Origin: Octopus vulgaris
Lineage: Eukaryota
Direction of reading: 5' to 3'
DNA: 64,000 nucleotides
Assembly: GCA_951406725.2 (NCBI GenBank)
Contig: OX597823.1
Coordinates: forward strand, 868,001-932,000
This document shows positions 62,686 through 64,000 of this stretch, in pieces; within the stretch, counting starts at the first letter, position 1; every line of letters starts with the position of its first letter. Made by a program: the position numbers and the translations under genes. The notes below the pieces were generated by a model. That model had not been told where the DNA came from. It ran no database searches and saw nothing but the letters and a program-made list of their open reading frames with translations.

Positions 62686-64000
62686 CTGTTTGTCTGTCTG
62701 TCCTTCCAGCCATCCATCCATCCGTCCGTCCGTCCGTCCGTCTGTCCGTCTGTTTGTCTATCTATCTATTGATACATACATATATACAAAAACACACACA
62801 TACATATAAACACACACTCTCATACACACATATGTAAGTATATGATGTGTGTGTTGGCAAATAATGAGCTAGTGTCTAAGATTAATTTATCTAAAATTAA
62901 AATATAAGTCAATAAATATTTTTGAAAGATAAAAATAAATAATGAACTAGAAAGAATGAAACGCTTCATCTTTCGCAGAGAGTCCAAAAGTATTAATAAT
63001 CGCCCACTTTATTCAAACAACTTCATGTTTATCTCACTCTCAAATGTTTATGCAATATGATATCGTGTTTATCAAATACAATATCAAATGTCATATAAGT
63101 AATATAGGGTGTTGGAAAGTTTCGATTAAATGAAATTATCCAAATTGATAAAAACTTCCTGTAGGTGTTTAAGATCTAAAAACAAGAATTCAGATATGTT
63201 CGTTTGATTAAAATATTTGAACAACACAAATTGAAGTGGCTCTGGTCTTTAAAGCAGGTTTCGACCTCATTACATCTCCTCGGTGAAGCACTTCCTACTC
63301 AGCTGACATGTATAAGTGCTATCAATCAATATAAGTAACCTAAACGTTTTTCTACTGGAATTCGGTCCGCAACATAGCTAAGTGGATATCAATGTTTTCA
63401 GCAATGTATGACATAGCGAGATGTCCCATCTCAATTAGAGTTAATCCAGAATATATAATCGATCAAATTGCTAATTCACAATCATATATTTTTGAGTTCA
63501 TTTTCGACTCTTCACTCAATTTAGACGTGATATTTTGTCGTGTCAGACAACATAGAGAACATCTCCGTCTCTGTGTAGCTACGAACAAATTTTAGACGAG
63601 ACGACGACAGAATATTGGTTAGGGACACATTAGCAGACAGCCACTGGTAGTTTAGCTCGGGAGAAGAACAATAAAAAAAAGCTAGTTCGGTTTTAAAGCA
63701 GTGCACTGGTCCAGTAAACAAGCGAGGTGTGATTAACTTCCGATCATTAGATCACATGTGGGTTTTATTAAAATTAAAATCACAGCTCCGTGTTCATGCA
63801 CGTGAGTATGTGTATATATATGTAAGAAATATAAAAATATACAAAGAGCAAAGATACTGAAGATTCAGCATACACCACGTGGCAAAATTATGAGTTGAAA
63901 ATATGTGGAAAACAAATATAAAAAGTGGAAGATAAATGCCTTCGTTTCATATAGTGATTACCACCTGAGCTCAGGTTGTGGTCACAATTATGTGGGCCAA

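Overview
This is AT-rich, microsatellite-dense animal genomic DNA. The repeat families suggest an octopod cephalopod; that assignment is inference. The only host gene I can support is on the + strand: the last 10 coding exons (2051-27984, 338 aa spliced, all GT-AG) of a class III CoA-transferase matching SUGCT (C7orf10). Its 5' exons lie upstream of the window. The rest is transposon-derived: four Tc1/mariner copies, MITEs (one an 840-bp foldback with an 8-bp target-site duplication, TSD), several tRNA-derived SINE families, RTE-type tails, R4-like restriction-like-endonuclease (RLE) fragments in (TACA)n, an ORF1-only L1/Tx1-like element with a 20-bp TSD, and an internally deleted HERO-like RLE retrotransposon. 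The main unannotated signal is RNA structure. About a dozen minimal hammerhead ribozyme (HHR) motifs from several unrelated Penelope-type families are present, many in asymmetric inverted repeats next to (TA)n; one family carries a tRNA/Pol III head. The most striking item is in the 3' UTR of the HERO-like element: a complete hammerhead core whose three strands run in reversed order, which gives a pseudoknotted topology outside types I/II/III. All RNA structures were read by eye and none was computed or tested.
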